64,000 nt of DNA from an uncultured Spirochaetota bacterium (GCA_963734495.1 CAVTHK010000009.1:288001-352000); one strand, 5' to 3'; positions 11,516-22,503 are shown, numbered from the stretch's first letter. Notes: generated by a model from the sequence alone, not told the origin. Made by a program: numbers and translations.

Positions 11516-13993
11516 CTACTCCGCCGGCCCGCTCGGCTCGAGCTCCCGCAGGCCGGGGAAGCGGGCCAGCACCAGCGCGCGGACCTCGGAGGCGTCTCCC
11601 AGGGTGAGCGCCTCCTCCGCGACCCGGGCGGCGAGGGCCGAGTCCGTCCGCCGCACCGCCTCCTTGACGATCGGGAGGGAGGCGGTCGCCACGCTCAGCT
11701 CGACGACCCCCAGGCCCACGAGGAGGGGAACCGCCGCAGGCCGGGCGGCCATCTCGCCGCACACCGTCGATGGGATGCCGGCCGCCCGGCCGGCCCGGGT
11801 CGCGGCCGCGATCACGCGCAGCAGGGCCGGATGGAGCGGGTCGGCGATCGACGCCACGTCGGGGTTCGTGCGGTCCGCCGCGAACAGGTACTGGGCGAGG
11901 TCGTTGGTCCCGATGCTGAAGAAGTCCGCGTGCGCCGCCAGCCTGTCCGCCGCGATCGCGGCGGACGGCACTTCGATCATGAGCCCGACGCGGATCGCCG
12001 GGGCGCCGAGGGCGGCCCGCTCCTCCTCGACCGCGGCGCGGAGCTCGCGCGCCTCGGCCTCCGTCGACACCATCGGGAACAGCAGCTCGACCTGCCCGCT
12101 CGCGGCCGCGCGCAGGATGGCGCGCACCTGGGCGCGGAAGATGTCGGGCATGCGGGCGTAGAGCCGGCAGCCGCGCACCCCGAGAAACGGGTTGGCCTCG
12201 CCCCGCGCGGCCATGCCGCCGATCGGCTTGTCGCCCCCGACGTCGAGGGTGCGGACCACGACCGGCCTTCCCGCGAGGCGGGAGGCGACGCCGCCGTAGA
12301 TGCGCGCTTGCTCGTCCTCGCCGGGCGCCCCGGAGGGCCCCGCAAACAGCATCTCGGTCCGGAAGACGCCGACCCCGTCGGCGTGCAGCGCCGCGGCCCG
12401 CTCGGCGTCCTCCATCGACGCGATGTTGGCCGTCACGGCGATGCGGACGCCGTCGGAGGTGACCGCGGGGTCCGCCGCGCGAGCGAGGGCCGCGGCCTCG
12501 AGGGCGTCGCGGCCGGCGCGGGCCGCCTCCCAGCGGGCGCGCTCCCTCGGGGGCACCACGCGGGCGTCGCAGGCCGCGCCGTCGACCGCGAGCACCGTGC
12601 CGTCGGGCAGATCGAGAACCGCATCGCCCACGCCGATCACGAAGGGGACAGCAAGGGCGCGGGCAAAGATGGCCGCATGCGATGTGACGCCGCCCCCCGC
12701 GGCGACGACCGCGAGCGGTCGCGCGCTCTGCAGGTCGGCCAGGCCCGACAGCAGCAGCTCCGGGACGACGAGCACCGCGCCGGCGGCATCCGGCGTCTCG
12801 GCCCCGCCCGCGAGCTCGTCGAGCACCTGGGCGCGGATGTCGACCACGTCCCACAACCGGTCGCGCAGGTAGGGGTCCTCGAGGCGGCGGTATCTCTCGA
12901 TGACCGCCTCGAGCGCCCGTCCCCAGGCCTCCTCGGCGGGCACCGCGTTCTCGACCATCGCCCGCCGCGTCGCCTCGATCAGGTCCGGGTCTGCAAGCAT
13001 CATGGACTCGGCACGCAGCATGTCGGCCCGCTCGCGCCCCACCTGCGGCTCGAGCCTTTCGGCGGTCTGCTCGAGGCGCCGGCTCACGGCGGCGAGAGCG
13101 GCCGTGAGCCGCGCGAGCTCCTGCCGCGCGTCCGCGCCGGCAGCCGCGCTCCGGCGCGGGTCGCGGGGGCGGACCACGACCGCGGGCCCGATCGCGAGGC
13201 CACCGCCGCCGGCCGTACCGGCAAAGCGCGTCTTCGGCGACCCCGCCTCCGCCCGCCGCGCCGGAGCGGCGGCTTCGCCGAAGCCGCCCTCCGCCATCGC
13301 GACGACCGCCGCGACCGCCTCCGCCGCCTGCCTCCCCGAGGCCGCGACCTGCATCTCCTCGCCCTGCCGCAGCTCCAGCCCGGCGAGGCGGCTCAGGCTG
13401 AGCGCGGTCACCGGCCCGCGGCCGCGCGTCGCGTTGGCGACGGTCACGGCCGCGTCGAAGCGGGCGGCCGCCCGCACCAGGCGGGCCGCGGGCCGCGCGT
13501 GCAGCCCCAGCGGGTTCGTGACGCGCACGCGGCGCGAGACGGTCGGCGCCGTCGCGGCCGCGGGCGCAGCCTCGCCCGCCGGGCCCACCTGCTCGCGCTT
13601 GCCCTCGAGCGCGGCCTCGGCCTCCCGGCGCACCTCTTCGAGGTTGCCGCCGGAGGCCGAGCGCACGGCCGCGGCCACGGCGCCCTCGACGAGCGCGGCC
13701 GCGCACAGGGCCACCGCCCCTGCGCCAGCGGGCGTCGTCTCCGCGAGCAGCTCCAGCGCGACCTCGGCGCTGAGGATGGCGCTGCCGAGGTCCACCAGCA
13801 GCAGGGCGCCTTCCGGACCGCGGACGCTCCCGACGGCCTCGACGATGCGGGAGGCGTCGGTGCCGATCGGATGCTGCGGGTCGTCGACCCCGGCGGCTGC
13901 CGCCACGGGCACCTCGGGCGCCACCTGCGCAACGAGCTCGAGCACGCCTCTGGCGAGCGTTTCACTGTGGGAGACCAGGACAAGGCCGACCAT
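11516..13993 (-). CDS. dhaM: DhaM-type phosphoryl donor: EIIA-HPr-Enzyme I fusion
   Basis: LVSHS and DLGSA (DhaM EIIA), GLHARPA (HPr), TSHAAI (EI phospho-His), RTLDVGGDK, MIEVPSAA, FFSIGTNDL, VCGEMA (PEP-binding domain). Confidence 0.92.
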   Translation of the reverse strand: MVGLVLVSHSETLARGVLELVAQVAPEVPVAAAAGVDDPQHPIGTDASRIVEAVGSVRGPEGALLLVDLGSAILSAEVALELLAETTPAGAGAVALCAAALVEGAVAAAVRSASGGNLEEVRREAEAALEGKREQVGPAGEAAPAAATAPTVSRRVRVTNPLGLHARPAARLVRAAARFDAAVTVANATRGRGPVTALSLSRLAGLELRQGEEMQVAASGRQAAEAVAAVVAMAEGGFGEAAAPARRAEAGSPKTRFAGTAGGGGLAIGPAVVVRPRDPRRSAAAGADARQELARLTAALAAVSRRLEQTAERLEPQVGRERADMLRAESMMLADPDLIEATRRAMVENAVPAEEAWGRALEAVIERYRRLEDPYLRDRLWDVVDIRAQVLDELAGGAETPDAAGAVLVVPELLLSGLADLQSARPLAVVAAGGGVTSHAAIFARALAVPFVIGVGDAVLDLPDGTVLAVDGAACDARVVPPRERARWEAARAGRDALEAAALARAADPAVTSDGVRIAVTANIASMEDAERAAALHADGVGVFRTEMLFAGPSGAPGEDEQARIYGGVASRLAGRPVVVRTLDVGGDKPIGGMAARGEANPFLGVRGCRLYARMPDIFRAQVRAILRAAASGQVELLFPMVSTEAEARELRAAVEEERAALGAPAIRVGLMIEVPSAAIAADRLAAHADFFSIGTNDLAQYLFAADRTNPDVASIADPLHPALLRVIAAATRAGRAAGIPSTVCGEMAARPAAVPLLVGLGVVELSVATASLPIVKEAVRRTDSALAARVAEEALTLGDASEVRALVLARFPGLRELEPSGPAE

Positions 13994-14006
13994 GGCAGCG
14001 GCGCGC

Positions 14007-14624
14007 CTACGGCAGGGCCTTGAGCAGGGCCTGCATCAGGATCAGAGTGCTGGCCGCGCCGGGGTCGAGGTGCCCCGCGCTGCGCGGCCCGAGGTAGCTG
14101 GCGCGGCCCTTGCGCGCGACGAGCGGGATCGTGTCCTGCGACCCGCGCGCCGCCGCGTCGATCGCGGCGGTGACCGCCTCGCGCAGGCTGGCGCCCGATG
14201 CCGCGGCGGTCTCGAGCGCCTCCACGGCCGGCGTGAGCGCGTCGACCATCGTCTTGTCGCCCGGCTGCGCGCGGCCGCGCTGCCGGACGCCAGTCAGCCC
14301 CGCCCTGAAGAGCGCGGCGAGGGTCGCCGGCCCGAGCGATTCCTTGCCCGCGCAGGCGGCCGCGGCGCGGAGGAAGAACGTGCCGTAGAGCGGCCCGGAC
14401 GCTCCCCCGACCGTCGAGATCAGCACCAGCGACGCGGTCTTGAGGACGCCGGCGATGTCCGCGGCGCCGTCGAGCTGTCCGGCGAGCTTCTGGAACCCGC
14501 GGTCCATGTTGATGCCGTGGTCGCCGTCGCCGATCTGCTTGTCGAGGTCCGTGAGAGAGTCGCGCTCCTGGTGCAGCATCTCCGCGGCGATCCGCAGCCA
14601 GAGCGACACTTCGTCCTTGTCCAT
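14007..14624 (-). CDS. dhaL: Dihydroxyacetone kinase subunit L
   Basis: IGDGDHGINMDRGF, GGASGPLYGTFF, GDKTMVDA, KGRASYLGPRSAGHLDPGA. Confidence 0.95.
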   Translation of the reverse strand: MDKDEVSLWLRIAAEMLHQERDSLTDLDKQIGDGDHGINMDRGFQKLAGQLDGAADIAGVLKTASLVLISTVGGASGPLYGTFFLRAAAACAGKESLGPATLAALFRAGLTGVRQRGRAQPGDKTMVDALTPAVEALETAAASGASLREAVTAAIDAAARGSQDTIPLVARKGRASYLGPRSAGHLDPGAASTLILMQALLKALP

Positions 14625-14626
14625 GG

Positions 14627-15700
14627 TCAGACGCCCCACCTGAGGCCGGGCGTGAGCACCGGGGCGTCCCAGAGCCTCGTCATCTCGTCGTCGAGCCGCA
14701 GCAGGGTCACCGAGAAGCCCTGCATCTCGAGCGACGTGACGTAGTTCCCCACCAGGCGGCGGGCGATCGCGAGCCCCTTCTTCTCGATGATCTCCGCGGC
14801 CTTGCGGTAGACGAGCGTGAGCTCCGAGAGCGGCGTGCCGCCCATGCCGTTGACCAGGAGCAGCACGCGGTCTCCCCTGCGGAGCGCGGGGGCGACCGCC
14901 CTGCGGTCGACCTGCGCCCCGCTCGCGGCGTCCCACTCGGAGACCACGCGCTCGTAGGCCGGGTCTTCGAGCACGGCGCCGACCAGCATCTCGACGATCT
15001 CATCGGCCGGCCGCAGCGGCAGGCGCTGCCGCCCCGGCTCGCCGTGGATCCCGATGCCGATCTCCATCTCCGCTTCCCCCAGATCGAAGCCCGGCTTTCC
15101 GGCCGCGGGGACGGTGCCGGCCGCGAGGGCCATGCCCATGCTCCGCCCGGCGGCGGCGACGCGGCGGCAGAGCTCGACCAGCCGGTCGAGCGGATAGCCC
15201 GCCTCTGCCGCCGCGCCGCAGATCTTCTCCGCGAGCACGGTGGTGCCGACGCCGCGGCGGCCCTGCGTGTAGAGGCTGTCGCGCACCGCGACGTCGTCGT
15301 CGATGAGGACGCTGGCCACCGGGATCCCCTGCGCGTGGACCATCTCCGCGGCCATCTCGAAGTTCATGATGTCGCCGCTGTAGTTCTTGACGATAAAGAG
15401 AACCCCCGCTCCGCCGTGCACCCGCGCGGCGGCCGCGGCCATCTGGTCGGGCGTGGGCGAGGTGAACACCTCGCCGGGACAGGCGGCGTCGAGCATCCCG
15501 CGGCCGACGAAGCCGCCGTGCATCGGCTCGTGCCCGCTCCCGCCGCCGGAGACGAGCGCCGCCTTGCCGCGCGCCGGCGCGTCGGCCCGGCACACGAACG
15601 TCGGGTCGAAGCTGACCGCGATCAGCTCTCCGTACGCAGCGGCCAGACCCTGCAGGCTCTCGCGGACGAAGTCCTCGGGCCGGTTGATCAGCTTCTTCAC
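14627..15700 (-). CDS. dhaK: Dihydroxyacetone kinase subunit K
   Basis: [58 protein letters not shown]. Confidence 0.95.
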   Translation of the reverse strand: MKKLINRPEDFVRESLQGLAAAYGELIAVSFDPTFVCRADAPARGKAALVSGGGSGHEPMHGGFVGRGMLDAACPGEVFTSPTPDQMAAAAARVHGGAGVLFIVKNYSGDIMNFEMAAEMVHAQGIPVASVLIDDDVAVRDSLYTQGRRGVGTTVLAEKICGAAAEAGYPLDRLVELCRRVAAAGRSMGMALAAGTVPAAGKPGFDLGEAEMEIGIGIHGEPGRQRLPLRPADEIVEMLVGAVLEDPAYERVVSEWDAASGAQVDRRAVAPALRRGDRVLLLVNGMGGTPLSELTLVYRKAAEIIEKKGLAIARRLVGNYVTSLEMQGFSVTLLRLDDEMTRLWDAPVLTPGLRWGV

Positions 15701-15722
15701 TGGCTCACCCCTCGAGGCTTCT

Positions 15723-15751
15723 ACCGTAGATCGGCCGGCGGCGGTGGTCAA
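15723..15751 (-). promoter_or_regulatory. sigma70-type promoter of the dha operon
   Basis: TTGACC (15751-15746), 17 bp, TACGGT (15728-15723). Confidence 0.55.
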
Positions 15752-15834
15752 CGGGCGCGCGGCGGTCGGCGGGTTGCGTCGCGGAGCCGGTTTGCACTAA
15801 CCTCGAGCCCGTCCGCAGTTGAAAAGGAGGCAAA

Positions 15835-16629
15835 ATGAAGAAGGTCGCCGTCGGGGCCCTCTTCGCGTTTCTCGTCGCCGGCGCTTTGGCGGCCGAGGAC
15901 ATCCGCATCGTCGTCCCCTACCTGGGCGCGGCGACGGACGTGTACAAGGACGATGCAAAGGGGATCGATCTGACCGACACGAGGCTCATGGAGGGGCTCT
16001 ACCTCCAGTGGGTCAACCCGGAGCTGTTCCAGGCCAACGTCTTTGTCTACCACTCGGCGGACATCAACTACAGTCAGCTCTGGGGCGTCCACCTGATCGG
16101 CGACGTCTACGTCTGGTCCGACCCGCTGGGAAAGGCGGCCCTGGGCGCCGGGCTCGACATGCTGCGCCTCGACATGGACGCGGGCGACAACATCGTGCCC
16201 CTCAAGAGCTTCGAGCTGCCGATGACGCTGTACGCGCCCTACGTGAGGGCGGGCCACTACTTCAACTTCGGCTCGGGCGGCATGGTGAGCCTCTCTGTGC
16301 TCCCGTGGGCGGGCGCTGAGTACGACATCACCCGCGGCGACCTCTCGTTCGTCCCGCCCGGCCCACCGATGACGATCAAGCAGAGCATCGACGACGAGAC
16401 GCTCTACGGCCTCGCGGGCATCAACGCCGGCGCCGTGATCATGCACTTCATCGAGATCCAGGCGAAGTACCGGGCGACGTTCAACGAGGACGACTACCTC
16501 AACACGTTCGACGCGATGCTCAACTTCTACCTCAACCGCCACTGGGGCGTCTCTTACCGCTTCAAGTACATGGAGACCACGAGCGGGTCCGTGAGCTACC
16601 ACATCGGCGGGATCGCGTACGTGTTCTGA
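15835..16629 (+). CDS. Hypothetical exported protein, probable outer-membrane beta-barrel
   Basis: RBS AAGGAGG; signal peptide ending ALA; amphipathic beta-strand pattern; C-terminus GIAYVF with terminal Phe. Confidence 0.75.
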   Translation: MKKVAVGALFAFLVAGALAAEDIRIVVPYLGAATDVYKDDAKGIDLTDTRLMEGLYLQWVNPELFQANVFVYHSADINYSQLWGVHLIGDVYVWSDPLGKAALGAGLDMLRLDMDAGDNIVPLKSFELPMTLYAPYVRAGHYFNFGSGGMVSLSVLPWAGAEYDITRGDLSFVPPGPPMTIKQSIDDETLYGLAGINAGAVIMHFIEIQAKYRATFNEDDYLNTFDAMLNFYLNRHWGVSYRFKYMETTSGSVSYHIGGIAYVF

Positions 16630-16659
16630 CGGCACGCGGGCGGCCCCGCGCTCCCGCCG

Positions 16660-17814
16660 TCAGTCGAGGGACCCCGTGAAGACGAAGTCGTGCCGGACGG
16701 GGACCTTCACCTTCTTCCCTGATTCTCCGACGAAGCACACGAGCCCCTCGTCGAAGACGGCGCTCAATGCCCGGCCGAAACCGCGGGGCACCCGGGCGAC
16801 GCCTTCGATGTAGTTGACGGCGAATGGACGGGCAGGCGACAGCTTGCGGGTGGTGGCGATGCCTTTCTGGTTGAGCTCGTTCCGCTTGAGCGACGCTGCC
16901 AGACCGCTCGCGAAATAGGCGCAGACGTCCTCGAGGCCGATGCAGCAGTTGCGGCCGTTCCACGGGCTGCCGTGGCGGCCGTGGTTCTCCATCCAGAAGA
17001 CCGTCGACGGCAGCACCGCCGGGTCCTTGATCGCGAACCAGATCCACCCGGCCGAAGCGTTGACCGCCGTTGTCCACGCGGGCCCGAACGAAGGCTTGTT
17101 GTAGACCTGGATGATGTCGCAGAAGCCGCGCCGCCGCGGGAAGCTCGCGCACGAGTCCCAGGGCATCTCCTTCCAGACGGTGGGCACCCTGTCGAGGCCG
17201 CGGAATGTCGCCCCCGCGGCGAGAGCGTTGTACTCCCCGCCGCTCTCGAACGTCGCCGGCGGCCGCGGGCTCACCTTGCCGAAGAGAAGCGGGCTCGTGG
17301 AGACGAGCAGCGCGTCGGGCTTCTCGCCGCCCGCGAGCGTGGCGTGGTGGCCGAGCGAGGTGCGGACGTCGTAGCCTTCGAGCACGTCGCTCAAGTAGAC
17401 GGCGTTGTGCCCCTCGACGAGCTGGACGTGCTTGGTCACGCGGCCGGCGATCTTCGCGGTGCTCATCTCGAGCGTCAGGCGCGTGACCGGACCCGACCGC
17501 TGGAGGCCGCGCAGGGTCCACGCTTCCGTCGCGGGCTCGCCGTGGGTAGTGTGGGCCACGCCTCTGACCGTGCAGTCGCCGCCGAAAGGCAGGCAGAAAA
17601 AGTCGCCCCTGAGGGGCTCGAGCACGGGCCGGTCCACCGCGATCCCTTCGCCCTGCCAGGGGCTGATGTGGTAGGGCTGCACCGCCTCGCCGGTGTCGCT
17701 GCAGAACGAGACGGGCGCCATCTGGCCGCCCTTTCGCGTGATCGCCGCGCGCACCTGCCCGTTCTCCACGACCCACGAAGGCTGCGCCGCGATGACCTCT
17801 GTTCTCGGCTCCAT
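16660..17814 (-). CDS. Conserved hypothetical protein, galactose-mutarotase-like fold likely
   Basis: LRGDFFCLPFGG, HGEPA...W, SLGHHATL, CIGLED resemble aldose-1-epimerase superfamily motifs; RBS GGAGGA. Confidence 0.65.
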   Translation of the reverse strand: MEPRTEVIAAQPSWVVENGQVRAAITRKGGQMAPVSFCSDTGEAVQPYHISPWQGEGIAVDRPVLEPLRGDFFCLPFGGDCTVRGVAHTTHGEPATEAWTLRGLQRSGPVTRLTLEMSTAKIAGRVTKHVQLVEGHNAVYLSDVLEGYDVRTSLGHHATLAGGEKPDALLVSTSPLLFGKVSPRPPATFESGGEYNALAAGATFRGLDRVPTVWKEMPWDSCASFPRRRGFCDIIQVYNKPSFGPAWTTAVNASAGWIWFAIKDPAVLPSTVFWMENHGRHGSPWNGRNCCIGLEDVCAYFASGLAASLKRNELNQKGIATTRKLSPARPFAVNYIEGVARVPRGFGRALSAVFDEGLVCFVGESGKKVKVPVRHDFVFTGSLD

Positions 17815-17853
17815 CCTCGCTCCTCCCCCGCTGTTATCCTACCACGACCGCCC

Positions 17854-19026
17854 TCAGGCGACTCCGAGAAATCGCTCTGCCAGCGCGCAGTACAGAGGGA
17901 TCGCCCTGAGGTAGTCCTCGATGTCGATGTACTCATCCGGCTTGTGCGCCAGGTCTTCGCGGCCGGGGCCGATGATGACGAACGGGACCGGTGGATCCGA
18001 GCAGAGCACGCTCGCGTCGGTCGCGTACCCCGGCGTGGGAAGCGCCTCCTGGCGGAGCCCGAGCTGCTCCCGGCAGAGATCGAGCGCGAGCCGGACGATG
18101 CGCTCCGAGGCGGAGCAGGCGACCGCGACGCGGCTGCCGGTGGCGTGGACGCGCGCCTCCAGCCCGGGGCGCCTCGCCTGCGCGCGCCGGATCGCGGCGT
18201 GGATCTCGGAGAGCATCGCGTCCGCGCTCACGCCGGGAGGGACGCGCATGTCGATGCTCGCGCGGCAGGTGTCGGGGACGACGTTCGGGCCGACCCCGCC
18301 GTGGATCGTTCCGATGTTGAGGGTCGCGCGGCCGTGGGCGGCGTCCGGCCCTTCGGGGAGCGGGATCTCGACGACCTCGGCCAGCAGCGCCTGCATGTCC
18401 ACGATCGCGTTGCGCCCGAGATGCGGCATCGAGCCGTGGGCGGTGCGGCCCACGGTTTCCAGCTCCAGCCAGCAGGTGCCCTTTTCCGCGATGTAGACGC
18501 GAAAGCCCGTCGGCTCGCCGATGACCACGCCCGCGGCTTCGCGCATGATGCCGTCGGCGACCAGGCGGGAGGCGCCGCTGCCGCGGATCTCCTCGTCGGC
18601 GACGGCCGTGAAGATCACGTCGCCGCGCAGCTTCCTGCCGCTGCGAGCGAGCAGCTCGAGCGCGATCAGCATGGCCGCGACGCCGCTCTTCATGTCGGAG
18701 GAGCCGCGGCCGTAGAGCCTGCCGCGGTCGATCTGCGCGCCGAAGGGCGGACGCCGCCAGGGGACCTCGCCGGGCGGGACGACGTCGATATGGCCGTTCA
18801 GGACGAGCGCGGGCGCCTCGCCCGAGCCTTTGAGTCGCGCGACGACGTTGGCGCGCCCGGGCGCGATCTCCGTCACCTCGGGCCGGAAGCCCCGCCGGTC
18901 GAGCGCCGTCGCGATCAGGTCGGCCGCCGGCTTTTCCCGGCCCGGCGGGTTGATCGTCTCCAGGCGCACGAGGTCGGCGAGCAGGCGGACCGCCTCGTCG
19001 CGGTCAAAGGGGTACGCGGTGCCCAT
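17854..19026 (-). CDS. M20 family metallopeptidase (ArgE/DapE-like)
   Basis: NGHIDVVP, YGRGSSDMKSG, DEE, IGEPT, AHGSMP, ATDA, AHKPDE. Confidence 0.93.
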   Translation of the reverse strand: MGTAYPFDRDEAVRLLADLVRLETINPPGREKPAADLIATALDRRGFRPEVTEIAPGRANVVARLKGSGEAPALVLNGHIDVVPPGEVPWRRPPFGAQIDRGRLYGRGSSDMKSGVAAMLIALELLARSGRKLRGDVIFTAVADEEIRGSGASRLVADGIMREAAGVVIGEPTGFRVYIAEKGTCWLELETVGRTAHGSMPHLGRNAIVDMQALLAEVVEIPLPEGPDAAHGRATLNIGTIHGGVGPNVVPDTCRASIDMRVPPGVSADAMLSEIHAAIRRAQARRPGLEARVHATGSRVAVACSASERIVRLALDLCREQLGLRQEALPTPGYATDASVLCSDPPVPFVIIGPGREDLAHKPDEYIDIEDYLRAIPLYCALAERFLGVA

Positions 19027-19036
19027 GGCGCGCACC

Positions 19037-19312
19037 TTAGCCGCCGCTGCCGCCGGTGGGAAGGGCCCCGGGCGCGTCCGGGCCGGGGGTGCCGGGGGGC
19101 GCCGGTGACGCAGGGGGCGTGGCGGGCCGCGGCCGCCCGAGCGCGCGCTTCATCGCGACCTTGAAGGCGAACCGCATCACCTGCTCCGTGGTTACCGCCG
19201 GGCCGTGGCGCCTTCGCATGATGAGAGTCACCGCCTTGATCCCCGCCTCGCCGAGGATGAGGTAGACAAAGCGGTCCCGTTCCTCCGGGGTCATATCCTC
19301 GTAGGTGACCAC
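19037..19312 (-). CDS. Small hypothetical protein
   Basis: Plausible helical N-terminus, co-oriented with the M20 gene; TATGCT -10 lies 6 nt upstream of the GTG. Confidence 0.6.
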   Translation of the reverse strand: MVTYEDMTPEERDRFVYLILGEAGIKAVTLIMRRRHGPAVTTEQVMRFAFKVAMKRALGRPRPATPPASPAPPGTPGPDAPGALPTGGSGG

Positions 19313-19476
19313 GAGTCAAGCATAGACCGCGGGCCGCGCCCGCGCCAGAGGCGGGACCGGACGGCGTCCCGCTCGCTCGACAGCGCCGCGGGCAGCGGCT
19401 ATCCTCACCGCGCCGCGGCGTCCCGGCGAAGCGGCCGCCGGAACGGGGCTGGTCGCCCCCGCGGGGGCGCAAGAGG

Positions 19477-20041
19477 TCACTTTGTCATCGTGGTGTACGA
19501 GCCGAGGTCCAGGATCGAGCATTCCGCCGAGAATCCCGCGGGCGGCACCCCGAGGGATTGGATCAGGCGGGCCCAGAAATTGACCTGGGCGCAGGTGCTC
19601 GCGATGATCACGATCCCTCGCTCCGTGAAGTGCTTTTTCAGGGTCTCGACGACGTGCGATGGAAAAGAGACCGGCGTGCGGCAGATGCACTCGACGTAGC
19701 GGAGGGCCGCCTTCTCGTCATCTCGAAGCGTAGACACCTGGTCCATCGGGACCCTGCCCTGCAACGCCCTGATCTCCTCCTCGCTCATCCCCGTCTTCTG
19801 GAAATCCCTGGCGTTCATGTCGATGCAGAAGGGACACGAAACCAGGAACGAAGTGTGCACACGGATGAGGCCCAGGAGACGCCTGGGGACCTCCGGCTCG
19901 TCGTGGGCGACAAGCCCCTCCATGACGCCCGAGCCGATCAGTGCCTTGGGGTACCACGTGAGGATCCTGGTGGCGAGGAGCTGCCTGCCGAGCCGCTCGA
20001 AATGTCTTGCGGATCCGTTTCGGGGGCCGGATGTAGCTCAT
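19477..20041 (-). CDS. Carboxymuconolactone decarboxylase/AhpD-like protein (frameshift near 20005)
   Basis: SFLVSCPFCIDMN (CxxC), EKAALRY, LKKHFTERGIV, VNFWARLIQSLG; N-terminus MSYIRPPKRI is in another frame. Confidence 0.8.
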
Positions 20042-20058
20042 GTCGGTGCCTGCTCGTT

Positions 20059-20622
20059 TCAGGGCGTCAGCCTGTAGAAATCCATGTGCGTGAGGCTCAT
20101 CTTCTCCACCGCACGGAAGCCCGCGAGCCGCGATAACTCCATGATCCGGGAGGACTCCATGCGGTGCGCGAGCGGCGGACCGATCGACTCGCTGCGGTGG
20201 GGCCATTCGAGGATGGCAACCCGCTTCCGCGAGACCCTCCGCGCCTCGGCGAGCGCCTTGGCGGGATCGTCGGTTTCGTGCAGCACGAGGCCGAGAAAGA
20301 CAAGGTCGAAGGAGCCATCGTCAAAGGGAAGCTGTTCGGCGACGCCTTCACGGAACGCGCCGGAGGGCACCTGGGCGCGCGCGACGGCGAGCAGATCAGG
20401 GTCGGGATCGATCCCCGTCACGCGCATCTTCAAGCCTGCAAATGCCTCCGCGAACAGGCCAGTGCCCGTGCCGACGTCAAGGATGCCGGCCGCATCGAGG
20501 CCTTCGGCGCACAGTCGCGTGACTGTTTCCATTTCGAGAAGCGCGACCCGCTCGGGAGCGCGAAGCCTCTCCGCTGCTCCGTGGAACCGCCGCTCGTGAT
20601 CCTGCATCCCTGGTGCGCCCAT
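20059..20622 (-). CDS. Class I SAM-dependent methyltransferase
   Basis: ILDVGTGTG, AEQLPFDDGSFDLV, LHE motifs. Confidence 0.92.
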   Translation of the reverse strand: MGAPGMQDHERRFHGAAERLRAPERVALLEMETVTRLCAEGLDAAGILDVGTGTGLFAEAFAGLKMRVTGIDPDPDLLAVARAQVPSGAFREGVAEQLPFDDGSFDLVFLGLVLHETDDPAKALAEARRVSRKRVAILEWPHRSESIGPPLAHRMESSRIMELSRLAGFRAVEKMSLTHMDFYRLTP

Positions 20623-20701
20623 CGAGTCCCCCTTGCCGACACCCGCCGTAAATGCCAGAGAGGCCCTCAGATATCGAAGGGCCTCCTCCCCGGCGGTGCG
20701 T

Positions 20702-21307
20702 CTACAGGTTCACGCGGTCGAAATCCCCAAACATCAGAAACGTCTTCGTGTAAACAGACTTCATCGCCTCCACGGTGCGAACGAGCGCGCCGCGGTCACC
20801 GCCCTGAAGGGCCTGCTGGACGGCAGAGATCCCGTCCAGCACCGCCTGCTCGCCCTTGCGCAGCTCGTCCGCCTTCGCGACGGAGAACCCGTAGGTGGAG
20901 GCGGCGAACGGCGCCGCAAGGGTTGCTGTCCATCTCGCGCGGGCTTCCGGCAGGAGGGCGGCGACCTGCTGCACCTGCGCTTCGTCCACCGTGTCCGCGG
21001 TCCGGCCGGCTGTGACGGCGGTGACGTTCTCCATGCTCTCGTGGTACCGGTTCAGGTAATCCACGTAGTACGGGATGGACCGCTGCGAGCGCAGGCCGAC
21101 CCAGATGTCGCGGACCTCCTCGAGGGCCGCGTGCGCGCCTGCCAGATCGCCTTTGTTCAGCAGTTCCTCGGAGCGGAGGAGAACCGCTGTCGTGCGCTCC
21201 GCCTGCGCGGACGCCGCCAATGCTGCGGCCGTGAGTATCGCGGCCAGCGCCAGGATCCGGCGCGTCCGGCCGATCGATCCCCCCCGTCTCAGACTCTTCG
21301 AGTTCAT
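20702..21307 (-). CDS. Hypothetical secreted helical protein
   Basis: MNSKSL start after a GGAGA RBS; signal peptide ILALAAILTAAALAASAQA; helical mature domain. The longer ORF call extends spuriously into the AKR gene. Confidence 0.65.
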   Translation of the reverse strand: MNSKSLRRGGSIGRTRRILALAAILTAAALAASAQAERTTAVLLRSEELLNKGDLAGAHAALEEVRDIWVGLRSQRSIPYYVDYLNRYHESMENVTAVTAGRTADTVDEAQVQQVAALLPEARARWTATLAAPFAASTYGFSVAKADELRKGEQAVLDGISAVQQALQGGDRGALVRTVEAMKSVYTKTFLMFGDFDRVNL

Positions 21308-21468
21308 CCCGTCTCCTTCTATCTTCGATCCTGCGCGTGTGGTTTGCCCGGATCGCCTGCACAAGATAGCGAAAGTCGGCGGAGGATCACGGTGAGTTTT
21401 GTCACACAACGACGGGATCGGAACCAGCAGGGTGTGCGCGCCCGCGGCGGCCCGGCGACCCGCGTTGC

Positions 21469-22503
<1,035 letters not shown>

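Noticed and set aside
10598..14023. Very long alternative-frame or antisense ORFs (1141 aa here; also 896, 817, 785, 734, 730 and 694 aa elsewhere)
   Set aside because: Arg/Ala/Gly/Pro-rich shadow ORFs overlapping well-supported genes; expected in high-GC DNA.
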